NCBI GenBank assembly: GCA_038087875.1
Contig: CM075988.1
Span: forward strand, 1,612,001-1,676,000
Source of the DNA: Malacoraja senta
Lineage: Eukaryota
Length of the DNA: 64,000 bases
Reading direction: 5' to 3'
Shown here: one piece after another, positions 27,599 to 39,844 of the stretch
How positions within the stretch are numbered: the stretch's first letter is position 1
Layout of the letters: every line of letters starts with the position of its first letter
Program-made: the position numbers and the translations under genes
Notes under the pieces: model-generated
What the model saw: only the letters and a program-made list of their open reading frames with translations
What the model was told of the DNA's origin: nothing
The model's database searches: none

Positions 27599-27599
27599 T

Positions 27600-29200
27600 T
27601 AATCAGATCTGTAGACAGATCGTGGAAAGGCGTTAAAGCAAGTAGGAGTGGGAGATTTTAGCTACCCCAAAATTAACTGAGGTTACCTTTTGTACAAGAG
27701 CCTGAGATGGGGTGGGATTTGTAAAATGCATCCTGGAGGGTTTATGAAGCAGTGTATTGTGTCTTACCACGGAGGGGACTGAACTAGATCTTCGCTTAGC
27801 AAATTAGAATGTGCATGTGAAAGAAGTGTCTGTCAGTCTTTGAGAATACTGGTCATAGTTAGGTGGTCATGGAAAAAGATGCGATTGTCACTCGAGATGG
27901 GGCTGAAAACTGGGGATGGTGAATTTCAAATGTGTGAGACTGGACAGGTAGGAAAGGTGAAAGAGTTCAGAGTCAGCATTGTCCCTGTAAGAGTCAGAAG
28001 CAAAGATGGTAAGTTTAGGGAACCTTGGTTTACAAAGGATATGAAAGATTTGACAGGAAAAAGTAGGAAGTGTATGTCTGTTGTGGGGAATTGGTATCGA
28101 ATGAGAAACCTGAAGTTTATAGGGGATATAGGAGAAAACAGAAACAGCATAGATGGGCAAAAGGGGACATGAAATGACTTGGCAAATAGTGTTCTATAAG
28201 TATAATAGAAGCAGGTTGAGGCAGAACAGGTAGGTCCCCGCTCCATGTGTGGAGCCAGGGGTTATGAGCGAGGATGTAACTGAATACGCAAAGAACTGCA
28301 GAAGCTGGAATTGAGCAAAACACAAAGTAATGGAAGAACGCAGCGGGTCAGGCAGCATCTGTGGAGAGATTGGACAGGTGACGTTCTGGGTCAGAACCCT
28401 TCTTCAGACTGCTGCCTGACCCACTGAGTTACACTGACACTTGTTTTTTTGTTCATAAATGAATACTTCTCATCACCAGGGAGAAGGACATGGAGGTGGG
28501 AGAAATCAGGGAGTGGTATAGTGATATTCTGGGGAACATCAGTATCAGGAAGGAGCAGGTATTGGAAATACTGGCATACAATAGGGTTGATAAATCCCCA
28601 GGGCCCGACTGAAACTAGCTCAGGCTGCTAAGGGAAGCAAAGGAAGAGATTGGTGAGGCTTTGATGGGGACTGTTGCATCTTTGTTGACCATGAGTGAGG
28701 TACCAGAAGAATGAGGGACAGCTCATGTTGTCTCCTTGCTCATAAAAGGCAGGACGGATGAGCCAGGTTACTACCGGCCAGTGAGCCTTACATCGGTTGT
28801 AGGTGAGTTGTTGGTGATTGAGGGGGAGGATTGTGTTCACTTACAACTGCAGGGACTGGAAAGACATGACTTTGTGCAGGGAAATCATGTCTCACAAATC
28901 TGAGCTTTATTTCAGATGTTAACTAAGAGAATTGCTGAGGTAAATATGTAGATGTGGTTTACATGGATTTCAGTTGGTCTTTTGACAAGGTCTCGCGTGG
29001 TAAACTGGTCGACAAGGTTGAAGCTGAAGAGACCCAATGTGTGTTGGATGCAATATTGGCTTGGTGGAGTATAGGTACGGGGTGTATATCTGACTGGAAG
29101 TCTGGAACTGGTGATGGTACACTATGGATCAAGTGCTGGCAAAGGAGATTAGTATGGAAAGTATGGACATGGTGGGCCGAAGGGTCGGTGTTGTTCCAGT
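27600..29200 (+). mobile_element. Highly degenerate CR1 ORF2 remnant
   Basis: Fragments EPWFTKD, KSPGP, VVYMDFSWSFDKV. Confidence 0.65.
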
Positions 29201-29658
29201 CAATACTGTATTATCAAATTATTAGATGAAGTTTGAAAGCTTCAAATTATTACAGGTTCTACAAAGAAGTAAAAAGGTAATTGCATTCATTATTCTGGAT
29301 TTTATTGGAAATTACAAAATGCTGAAAATAGTCATCAGGGCAGGTGGCATCAGTGGAGAGAGGTTAGATTGATTAATGTTTTGTGTAGATGATGTTTCTG
29401 CGTTTTCTCTCTGCAGCAACACTGGGATCTGCTGAGTATTTCCACCGGTTTCAGTGTCCAATTCAGATTCTTGGTGTTTTGTCTGCCATGTTATTAATCT
29501 GCATGTTTCAAAGATTGTACATTCCTTAACCTGAAAACAGAGCAGCCTTCTGGCATGCAGGAACCTAATGGACATGAAATGAAAATGCTATTGAGAACAG
29601 AATGTGTTTGAAAGTTGTGGCCATATTCATGATCTGTGCACTGTGTGTTTGCTTGCAG

Positions 29659-29818
29659 AGTGGAAGTGGTCAGGCACTCAGTCCCACGTCACAGGAACTC
29701 AGCCCTTCCCAGATACAGAGTGGGTCATCAACACATAACCAGGTGTTGCAGCAGCAACCCACAGCTACTGTACAGCACACTTACCTGCCCAGCACCTGGG
29801 GAACCTTTCGCAACTACT
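29659..29818 (+). CDS. PRDM10: PRDM10 coding exon (phase-1 end)
   Basis: ttgcAG acceptor, GTaagt donor; 160 nt: [20 protein letters not shown]...[16 protein letters not shown]. Confidence 0.92.
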
Positions 29819-31064
29819 GTAAGTCAATAGGCAGAAGAATGGCTAGTTGTACTGTCAGAAATCTTAGAAATGGTTTTATCTATTATTATAAGAACTATGA
29901 TGCTATTTTTGCAGGAAATGCATTTGTAAACTTTAACGACTGAGGTGTTTCAGATGTTGTATAAATCGTGGTGTCTATGCGCATTATTCACTTTCATATT
30001 TGAAAATAGTACATAAACTAGCGTGGAAGCTGAGCCAGTCTGGGTATGTCCTTTCTGTGGTGGAGAACCCCATCCCTGTGATCATCAGATCCCGAAGCAT
30101 TTACACTGCGTTTCCCTGAAAACCCGGAAGTCCTGGATGTGAACCGATCAAGCATAAAATAGGTCACTCAGAATAAAAGTCTCTTTGCGTCTCTTTGTGT
30201 GACATCCTTTTGCCTCCTTTTCTTCTCTAGCATCGGTTCACACAACCCCCCTCACCTGTCCATGTATTTCATGCCAGCATTTGCCCCGCCCCACCTATTC
30301 CAGCTTACTCACCCCCCAACCACCACAATCAGTCGGGTCTGCACCAGAAACATCACCTATTCACGTTCCAGAGATTCTGCTTGACCCTCTCTGAGTTCCT
30401 CCAGCACTTTGTGTCCTACGCAAGATTCCGGCATCTGCAGCTCCTTGTTCTCCATTGTCAAACCTCAGGATCTGATCAGTTCTGAAATAAAAGACAATAC
30501 TGGAAAACAATACTGGAAATAAGGCGCTGCAGATGAAGGCATCATGCGGAAAGGTGTGGTGGAAGCTTCAGCTCTCAGGATAATAGGTGATGTGTCCTAC
30601 ACACAGTGCTTCCAGCACCTTTATTTTGAGTTTCCAGCTGTGAACTAGATGGGGCGGGGTGCTGCATGAAATCATGGCCAGGGGGTCGTGTGGAGGAGGA
30701 TGGGTATGTCACATGTAAATGCCTAGAGAAATTGAGGAAGAGAAGGGGGAGGTAGGGGCATTTCAATGTTATACCTTTGGGTTGTCGACCACCAAAGTGG
30801 AATATTCTGAACTGCTCTTCACATTCCACTTGCGTAGTGTACAACCCAATGTTATGAACATTGAATTCTCCAATTTCACACAATGCCCCCTCAACCTTCA
30901 CATGTGTTGGCTCTCATGTGAAGGTTGTCCTGGGCTCTCCCCAAGTGGAAATAGTTTCTTTCTCTCATAATCTGCTGTGCATTAATGAAGTCTTATCTTG
31001 TGCATGGATCTACAAAGCTGGTCATAGTAATCCATAGATGATAATTAAATCCTTTCCAGTTTAA

Positions 31065-31360
31065 TTTTAGTTTACTTTAGGGATACATTGCTGAAACAGG
31101 CCCTTAGACCCCACCGAGTCCGTGCCGACCAGCGATCCCCGTATGCTCGTACTATCCTACACACCAGGGACAATTGACAAAGTCACATTAACCTACAAAA
31201 ATGTTCGCCTTTGGAGAGTGGGAGGAAACCGGAGCACCCGGAGAAAACCCAAGCAGCCACAGGGAGAACGTACAAACTCAGTACAAACTCCGTCCGTAAA
31301 CAAACCTGGGTCTCTGGCGCTGTAAGGCAGCAACTCTACAGCTGCACCACCATGCCGCCC
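31065..31360 (-). mobile_element. tRNA-derived SINE, antisense copy
   Basis: Reverse complement resembles the 24491/27298 family. Confidence 0.78.
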
Positions 31361-32121
31361 CTTATTTTTAAACTACCTGTTCTGTACTGGCATTTTTCTT
31401 ATAAATTTCTCCGTAAAGTTGCTAACGTGCTGACCAGCAAGTGGTGTCTCAGATAGAACCCAGCTCTTGCACTCAACTGTGATCTTACTTCTACCTTTGT
31501 GCATTGGTTCTGAAATGACAGCCAGCTGCTCCCCACGTTGAACTCTACCTGCCACAACTTTTATATGTTGAAATGCCGAGTGACATCACCAGCCACCCAA
31601 TCTGAATTGTATTCCTTATCGTTCTTCTCTAAATCCCAACTCCAACCTAGTTACTGTTCCATGTTACCTCCCTGAACAGGAAAATTAGACCTTGGCTTAT
31701 CAGTATCTCCCAGGTGTGGGCTGAGTGTCGCCCCAGGTCAGGGGCAGGGATTTTTTGACATACAGTGCCCTCCATAATGTTTGGAACAAAGACCCATCAT
31801 TTATTTATTTATTTGCCTCTGTACTCCACAATTTGAGATTTATAATAGAAAAAATCACATGTGATTAAAGTGCACATTGTCAGATTTTAATAAAGGCCAG
31901 TTTTAAACATGTTGGTTTCACCATGTAGAAATTACAGCTGTGTTTATACATTTCAGGGCACCATAATGTTTGGGACACAGCATTGTCATGTAAATGAAAG
32001 TAGTCATGTTTAGTAGTTTGTTGCATATTCTTTGCATGCAATGACTGGCTTGAAGTCTGTGATTCATGGACATCACCAGTTGCTGGGTGTCTTCTCTGGT
32101 AATGCTCTGCTAGGCCTGTAT

Positions 32122-33137
32122 AAGCGAGTTCGGTATTCCGAAAAATGCAAGGAATCATGGGATTTGTCAAAGGCCGGAGATGTCCGGACCGACAGGACAC
32201 CAGGCCCAGCGTGGAGAAGCGCCAACCCCAGCTCACCTCCGCCTCTCCCGCCGGGCCAACCGACAGCCCAGACCGACAAGACCAGCGGCCCCAGACCCCC
32301 AGTCAGCGCCAACTCCAGCCCAACCCCACTCCAACTCCAGAGGACCCCGCTCTCCAATGGGCCGCTATGGCGACGTGCCAGTTCTCCCACGGCCTCAGCC
32401 GCTACCCCAAGTACAAGCCGTACCTTGCACACCACCAACTTCTACCCCTACGGTACCCGCTGCCACTTCATCCACAACCCCGAGGAGGAGAGAGGGCCCC
32501 TGCCTCGCGAGCGCCAGCCTGGGCTCGGCCTCCTCCAGCCCGGCGCTAGAATGGCACACGCTGCGGGCAGCCTTCAGCCCCGACCTGGAGTTAGAGCTGA
32601 CCCGGACTCTAGGGCTTGGGACTGGGCAAGGGAGGGGAGGAAGTTGCTGCTGCCGCCAACAGCACCAGCAGCTCCAGCGGGCACCCGGACTGGCCCATGG
32701 CCGGCAGGAACTCGTCCGCAGACTCTCTCTCCGACCAGGACGACTCCTGCAGCAGCGGCTCCGAGTCGCCCCTTCTTCGAGAAGGGCCGGCGCTGCCCAT
32801 CTTCAGCAGGATCTCGGACTGAGGGGGAGGTGGGTGGAGGTGGAGGCTGCCGGCCAACCCGGCGGGACAGGCAGAGCCGAGCTGAAGCCAGCGGCTGCAA
32901 GTCCAGGGTCGCCCGCCAGCCCAGGGCCACCCCAGACACCTCCGGACAGGACGGGACACCGCGGAGGGGACGGAACGGCCCAACAGCAACTCAACAGCAC
33001 CCGCTGCGACGGAGAGCCGACCCCAACTATGGATGAAATGCAAGCCTGCACACAATGCAGCACCAGCGTTGCCAAGACTGCTTTATAGCTAGTGACCTAT
33101 GACCTGGGCATGCGCAGTCGGAATACCGAACTCACTT
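32122..33137. mobile_element. Non-autonomous TIR element (ISL2EU-like, AT TSD) carrying a captured host gene fragment
   Basis: TIRs AAGCGAGTTCGGTATTCCGA / TCGGAATACCGAACTCACTT (1 mismatch in 20); AT at 32120-21 and 33138-39; removal restores the Tc1 transposase frame KMAAIQA. Confidence 0.88.
32300..32822 (+). pseudogene. ZFP36/TTP-family (ZFP36L-like) decayed fragment: tandem CCCH finger remnants and C-terminal NOT1-binding motif
   Basis: Frameshifted RYGD-CQFSHG-LSRYPKYK, FYPYGTRCHFIHNPEEER, and DSLSDQD..SGSESP..LPIFSRISD* with TGA at 32820-32822. Confidence 0.88.
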
Positions 33138-34074
33138 ATTGCAGCCATCTTTAGCTTCTGCTTGTTTTGGGGGCTAGTCCCCTTCAGTTTTCTCTTCAGC
33201 ATATAAAATTCATGCTCAATTAGGTTCAGATTGGGTTATTGATGGTCTTCTTTAGCTTTGAAAGACTATTTTGTTGCTTTAGCAGTATGTTTGGGATCAT
33301 TGTCTTGCTGTAGAATGAACGGCCGGCCAATGAGTTTTGAGGCATTTGTTTGAACTTGAGCAGATAGGATGTGTCTATACATTTCAGAATTCATTATGCT
33401 ACTACCATCAGCAGTTGTATCATCAATGAAGATAAGTGAGCCAGTACCTTCAGCAGCCATACATGCCCAGGCCATAACACCCTCAACACCGTGTTTCACA
33501 GATGAGCTGGTATGCTTTGCATCTTGGGCAGTTCCTTCTCTCCTCCATACTTTGCTCTCTTGCCATCAATCTGTTATGTTAATCTTCGTCTCATCTGTCC
33601 ACAAGACCTTTTTCCAGAACTGTGGTTGCTCTTTTAAGTACTTCTTGGCAAACTGTAACCTGGCCATCCTATTTTTGCGGCTAACCAGTGGTTTGCATCT
33701 TGCAGTGTAGCCTCTGTATTTATTTTCATGAAGTCTCTGGTGGACAGTGGTCATTGACAAATCCACACCTGACTCCTGAAGAGTTTTTCTGATCTGTCAG
33801 ACAGGTGATTGGGGATTTTTCTTTATTTATAGAGAGAATTCTTCTGTCATCAGCTGTGGAAGTCTTCCTTGGCCTCCCAGTCCCTTTGTGATTAGTAAGC
33901 TCACCAGTGCTCTCTTTCTTCTTAATGATGTTCCAAACAGTTGATTTTGGTAAGCCTAAGGTTTGGCTGATGTCTCGAACAGTTTTATTCTTGTTTCTCA
34001 GTCTCATAATGGCTTCTTTGACTTTCATTGGCACAACTTTGGTTCTCATGTTGATAAACAGCAATACAAGTTTA

Positions 34075-37000
34075 AAAAGAGAGGCAAAACACAGACAGAC
34101 TTAACTCAGAGCTTCCGTGGCTTTAGAAGAAACAGCAGCAAAGAGAAGCAGGAAAAATCACTGATTGGTTCTAGCCCGAGTGGGAGGAGAGTTAGAAGTG
34201 AGTCAGAGGGGGAAAACAGTTTAAAACTGAAGAATTTTGGTTTGTAAATTAGGCAATTTATCAGTCAATATAAGCAAGACGGCTGAGGGAGCGGCCTTGT
34301 GAGGGAAGTGCATTGTGAGTAAAGTGTGAGTCTTTGGCTCGAGTCTTCGGCGAGGAGGCTGAGGCTGAGGAGAGGAGGCTACGCATATAGCTCGAGAGAA
34401 CGGAACGCGGTGAACACATGTCGAGGCAGATGAGACAGTGTGAGGCTTGCAGAATGTGGGAGCCCAGGCACACAGATGGAGCCTCTGGCTACTACAACTG
34501 TAGCAAGCGCGTCCAGCTTCAGCTCCTAAAGGACTGTGTTCGGGCACTGGAGAAGCAGCTGGATGACCTCAGGGCCATCCTGGAAAACGAGTTTCCTGGA
34601 CAGGACCTACAGTGAAGTAGTCACGCCGAGGTTACGGGAAGAACCAAGCATGTGACGGAGAGAAAGGGTGGAAATCATGGAGTGCAGAAGATCCAGGTGG
34701 CTGTGCCTAATGAAAACAGGTACGCCCTCTTGGGAACTGTCCGGGGAGACAATGTTTCCAGTCCGAGAGGCGGACACGTCAGTGGCTCCAATCCTAGAGA
34801 TGGGACTCGACCGGCGAGACCGGCATCGGGCAGAGCCCTAGTGGTGGGTGACTCCATTGTCTGAGGAACGGACAGGAGATTCTGTGGCAGCAGACGAGGA
34901 TGGTCTGTTGCCTCCCTGGTGCCAGGGTTCAGGATGTCACGAGCCAAATTCTGAACATTCTCGAGAAAGAAGGTGAACAGCCCGGCAGTAGTTGTGCACG
35001 GAGGCACAAACGACATCGGGAAGAAGAGGAAGGACGTTCCCCAACATGAGTTCAGAGAGTTGGGAAGAAGACTGAAATGCCGGACTTCTAGGGTGGTTAT
35101 CTCTGGATTGCTTCCAGTACCTCGTGCTGGTGAGGACAGGAACAGGGAGATAGGGGATCTGAATGTGTGGCTGAAGGGCTGGAGCAGGGAGCAAGGATTT
35201 AGATTTATCGACCACTGGGATCTCTTCTGGGTAGGGGCGACCTGTACAAAAGGGACGGGTTACACCTTAACTGGAGGGGGACCGACATGCTGGCAGGCAG
35301 GTTTGCTAGGGCTACACGTGTGGGTTTAAACTAAATAGTGGGGGGCAAGGATTGACAAATTGGGAGTATAAAGATGGAGTTGAAGGGGAAGTGCCTACAG
35401 GAAAAATTACAAAAGATTCTCGAATTAGTGGGAAGGAAAGCTCGAGAAGGGACAACAGAGTAAGGTCCAGGGCCAATTGCGAGCGGTGCGAGGGGGAAGT
35501 GAATACAGAGGTCAAAGTGCTGTATATGAATGCGCGAAGTATAAGGAATAAAGTGGACGAGCTTGAGGCTCAGTTGATGTTGTGGCAAGTATGATGTGTG
35601 GGAACTACTGGACATGGCTGAAGAGGCCAGGGCTGGGAAATGAATATTCAAGGGTATACCTCCTATCGAAAAGACAGACAGGTGGGCAGAGGGGGTGGGT
35701 TGCTCTGTTGGTGAGGAATGAAATTCAGTCCCTTGCAAGGGGGTGACATTGAAACAGATGTGGTCAGTATGGATAGAACTAAGGAAGTGTAAGGGTAAAA
35801 AAGACCCTGGGACTAATCTACAGGCCCCCAAACAGTAGCCTGGACATAGGGCGCAAGTTGAATCAGAAGTTAAAATTGGCATGTAGCAAAATAATGCTGT
35901 GGTTGTATGGGAGATTTCAACATGCAGGTAGACTGGGAAAATCAGGTTGGTACTGGACCCCAAGAAAGGGACTTTGTGATGGATTCTTAGAACAGTTTGT
36001 AATGGAGCCTACCAGGAGAAGGCAATTCTGGATTTAGTGTTATGTAATGAACTAGATTTGATAAAGGACCTCAAGGTTAATGAGCCATTAGGAGGTAGTG
36101 ACCATAACATGGTCAGGTTTAATCTACAATTGAAGAGGGAGAAGGGTAGATAGGAGGTGTCAGTGTTACAGTTGTATAAAGGGGATTATGGGGCCATGAG
36201 GTAGGAGCTGGCCAAAGTTGACCTGGAAGGATACACTAGCAGGGATGACAGTGGAACAAAAATGGCAGGTATTTCTAGGAATAATACAGAAGGTGCAGGA
36301 TCAGTTCATTCCTTGGAGGATGAAAGATTCCAAGGGGAGTAAGGGTGACCGTGGCTGACAAGGGAAGTCAGGGCAGTATAAAAATTAAGCGAAGTACAAC
36401 GTAGCAAAGATGAGCGGGAAGCAAGAGGATTGGGTAATGTTTAAAGAACAATAGAAGATAACCCAAAAGACAATACGGGTTGAAAATATGAGGTACGAAG
36501 GTAAGCTAGCCAGAATATAAGCAGGATAGTAAAAGCTTCTTTAGGTATGTGAAGAGAAAAAATTAGTTAAGACCAAAGTTGGACCCTGAAGACTGAAAAA
36601 GGTGAATTTATTATGGGAAACAAGGAAATGGCAGATGAGTTGAACAGGTACTTTGGATCCGTCTTCACTAGGGAGAGACACAAACAATCTTCCTGATATA
36701 GTAGTGGCCAGAGGAACTGGGGTGATGGAGGAACTGAAGGGAATCCACATTAGGCAGGAATGGTGTTGGATAGACTGATGGGACTGAAGGCTGATAAATC
36801 CCCCAGGGCCTGATGCTCTGCATCCAGGGTACTTAAGGAAGTGGCTCTAGAAAACGTGGATGCATTGGTGATAATTTTCCAATGTTCTATAGACTCTGGA
36901 TCAGTTCCTGTGGATTGGAGGTAGCTAATGTTATCCCACTTTTTAAGAAAGGTGGGAGAGAGAAAACAGGGAATTATAGACCAGTTTGCCTGACATCAGT

Positions 37001-38350
37001 GGTGGGGAAGATGCTAGAATCAATTATTAAAAGATGAGATAGCCGAACATTTGGATAGCAGTAACAGGATCGGTCCGAGTCAGCATGGATTTACGAAGGG
37101 GAAATCATGCTTGACTAATTTCTGGAATTTTTTGAAGATGTAACTAGGAAAATGGACAGTGTACATGGACTTTCAGAAAGCATTTGATAAGGTCCCACAT
37201 AGGAGATTAGTGGCCAAATTAGGGCACATGGTATTGAGTGCTGACATGGATAGAGAAGTGGTTGGCAGACAGGAAACAAAGAGTTGGGATTAATGGGTCC
37301 CTTTCAGAATGGCAGGCAGTGACTAGTGGGGTACCGCAAGGCTCGGTGCTGGGACCGCAGCTATTTACATTATACATCAATGATTGGGATGAAGGAATTC
37401 AAAGTAACATTAGCAAATTTGCAGATGACACAAAGCTGGGTGGCAGTGTGAACTGTGAGGAGGATGCTATGAGAATGCAGGGTGACTTGGACAGGTTGGG
37501 GGAGTGGGCAGATGCATGGCAGATGATGTTTAATGCAGATAAATGTGAGGTTATCCACTTTGGTAGCAAAACCAGGAAGGCAGATTACTATCTAAATGGC
37601 GTCAAGTTCGGAAAAGGGGATGTACAACGGGATCTGGGGGTCTTTGTTCATCAGTCTATGAAAGTAAGCATGCAGGTACAGCAGGCAGTGAAGAAAGCGA
37701 ATGGCATGTTGGCCTTTATAACAAGAGGAATCGAATATAGGAGCAAAGAGGTCCTTCTGCAGTTGTACAGAGCCCTAGTGAGACCACACCTGGAATATTG
37801 TGTGCAGTTTTGGTCCCCTAATTTGAGGAAGGACATTCTTGCTATTGAGAGAGTGCAGCGTAGGTTTACAAGGTTAATTCCCGGGATGGCGGGACTGTCA
37901 TATGCTGAGAGAATGGAGCAGCTGGGCTTGTACACTCTGGAGTTTAGAAGGATGAGAGGGCATCTCATTGAAACATATAAGATTGTAAAGGGTTTGGACA
38001 CGCTAGAGGCAGGAAACATGTTCCCGATGTTGGGGGAGTCCAGAACCAGGGGCCACAGTTTAAGAATAAGGAATAAGCCATTTAGAACGGAGACGAGGAA
38101 ACACTTTTTCTCACAGAGAATGGTGAGTCTGTGGAATTCTCTGCCTCAGAGGGCCGTGGAGGCAGGTTCTCTGGATGCTTTCAAGAGAGAGCTAGATAGG
38201 GCTCTTAAAAATAGCGGAGTCAGGGGATATGGGGTGAAGGCAGGAACGGGGTACTGATTAGGGATGATCAGCCATGATCATATCACATTGAATGGCAGTG
38301 CTGGCTCGAAGGGCCGAATGGCCTACTCCTGCACCTATTGTCTATTGTCA
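34075..38350 (+). mobile_element. Near full-length CR1 LINE (5'UTR, ORF1 zinc finger/coiled coil plus SGNH esterase, ORF2 APE-RT), disrupted
   Basis: CEAC...CSK plus leucine-rich helix (34418); VVGDSIV, VHGGTNDIG esterase blocks; YMNARSIRNKVDEL APE start; 339-aa RT C-terminal ORF 37238-38257; ctattgtctattgtc tail. Confidence 0.93.
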
Positions 38351-39216
38351 AAGGTGATGGAAAGACTGGAGGAAAGACTAGGTGCTGAGAGCTCTCTTTT
38401 ACCTGCATTAAGGAGGCAATTAAACACATCTGAGCAATTACAAACGCCTGTGAAGCCATGTGTCCCAAACATTATGGTGCCCTGAAATTTGGGGGGGGGG
38501 GGGGGGGGGGACAATGTATAAACGCTGCTGTAATTTCTACCTGGTGAAACCAAAATGTATAAAAATGGCCTTTAATATAATCTGACAATGTGCACTTTTT
38601 ACAGTTGAGGGTTATTTTTAATTGGTAGATGGTTAGACAAAGACTAGAAAACATGTTATTTTTTCTATAAACTAGCACCTGCAGTTCTTTTCGTCTACAA
38701 GGTTGGAATAGGATTGGGAAGGGGAATTAAAATGGAAATTTTAGCAGGAGATCCAGGAGGTCTTGGTGGATCAAGCTCAAGTCTTCGGCGAAACAGTCCC
38801 CGACTACGCTTAGTCCCGCCAATGGGGAACACAGGATAGAGTAGATGAAGTTAGAGGATGCGCACATGAACCTCTGACCTACTAAGAAGGACTGCAGGCT
38901 TCCCTGAATAGATGTGAGGGAGTGGGGATAAGGGCAGATGTCACATCTCCTGTGGTTGCAGGGGAAAGTACCTGGAGAGAGGTTTGGGATTAGTGAACCA
39001 AAGAGTTGTGAAGGGAGTGGTCTCTCATTTAACAGCAGAGAAAGTAAATCATCAGGTCCAGGGAATGGTCAAACTTCTGTCCCAGATTTAGTACTTTATC
39101 TTCATAGATATGGGTCAAATAAAATTACTCTATTTTTGGCCACCCACTATGTCTGAAGTTTATCTTGTGCCATTTACTGTGAAGATAAACACACAAAACA
39201 TGTTTAATACCTCTGT

Positions 39217-39844
39217 TTAAGAAAGAACTGCAGATGCTGGAAAAACCAAAGGTAGACAAAAATGCTGGAGGAGCTCGGCGGATGAGGCAGCATCTATGGA
39301 GAGAAGGAATAGGCGATGTTTCGGGTTGAGATCCTTCTTCAGACTGATGTCCGGGGGGGGAGGGGAAAGAACTGCGGATGCTGGAAAAATCGAAGGTAGA
39401 CAAATATGCTGGAGTGCAGGCTTGGCGATCGCTTCGCCCAACACCTACGCTCAGTTTGCACTAACCAACCTGATCTCCCGGTGGCTCAGCACTTTAACTC
39501 CCCCTCCCATTCCGAATCCAACCTTTCTGTCCTGGGCCTCCTCCATTGCCAGAGTGAGGCCCAGCGCAAATTGGAGGAACAACACCTCATATTTCGCTTG
39601 GGTAGTTTACACCCCAGCGGTATGAACATTGATTTCTCTAATTTCAGATAGTCCTTTCTTTCTCCCTCCTACCCCTCCCTACCCAGCTCTCCCACAAGCC
39701 TACTGTCTTCGCCTCTTCCTTTCTTTGTCTCACCCCCCCCCCCAACTTCAGTGTTAAGAAGGGTCTCGATCCGAAACGTCGCCTATTCCTTTTCTCCATA
39801 GATGCTGCCTCACCCGCTGAGTTTCTCCAGCATTCTTGTCTACC
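39217..39844 (+). mobile_element. Penelope-like element 3' fragment with inverted pLTR
   Basis: ORF 39406-39651 RLGDRFAQHL..PVAQHFNS..RKLEEQHLIFRLGSLHPSGMN (GIY-YIG C-terminus); 14-bp direct repeat TTTAATACCTCTGT at 39203-39216 and 39845-39858. Confidence 0.88.

Larger units (their letters stand above)
31763..38599 (-). mobile_element. Tc1/mariner IR/DR-type transposon (decayed) with two nested insertions
   Basis: TA|CAGTG terminus at 31763; long IR with internal direct repeat ccataatgtttgg; truncated partner IR at 38459-38599; minus-strand transposase pieces 34049-32010: HTH (ISQTLGLPKSTVWNII, GRPRK), LWTDETKI, QQDNDPKH. Confidence 0.93.

Noticed and set aside
32032..33088. Long ORFs of 334 and 302 aa as an intact nested gene
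   Set aside because: They are stop-poor GC-rich frames crossing TE boundaries; the ZFP36 similarity is split among frames and CCCH ligands are missing.
37238..38257. Functional host reverse-transcriptase gene
   Set aside because: It is the 3' part of a CR1 ORF2 with upstream frameshifts and several near-identical truncated copies.
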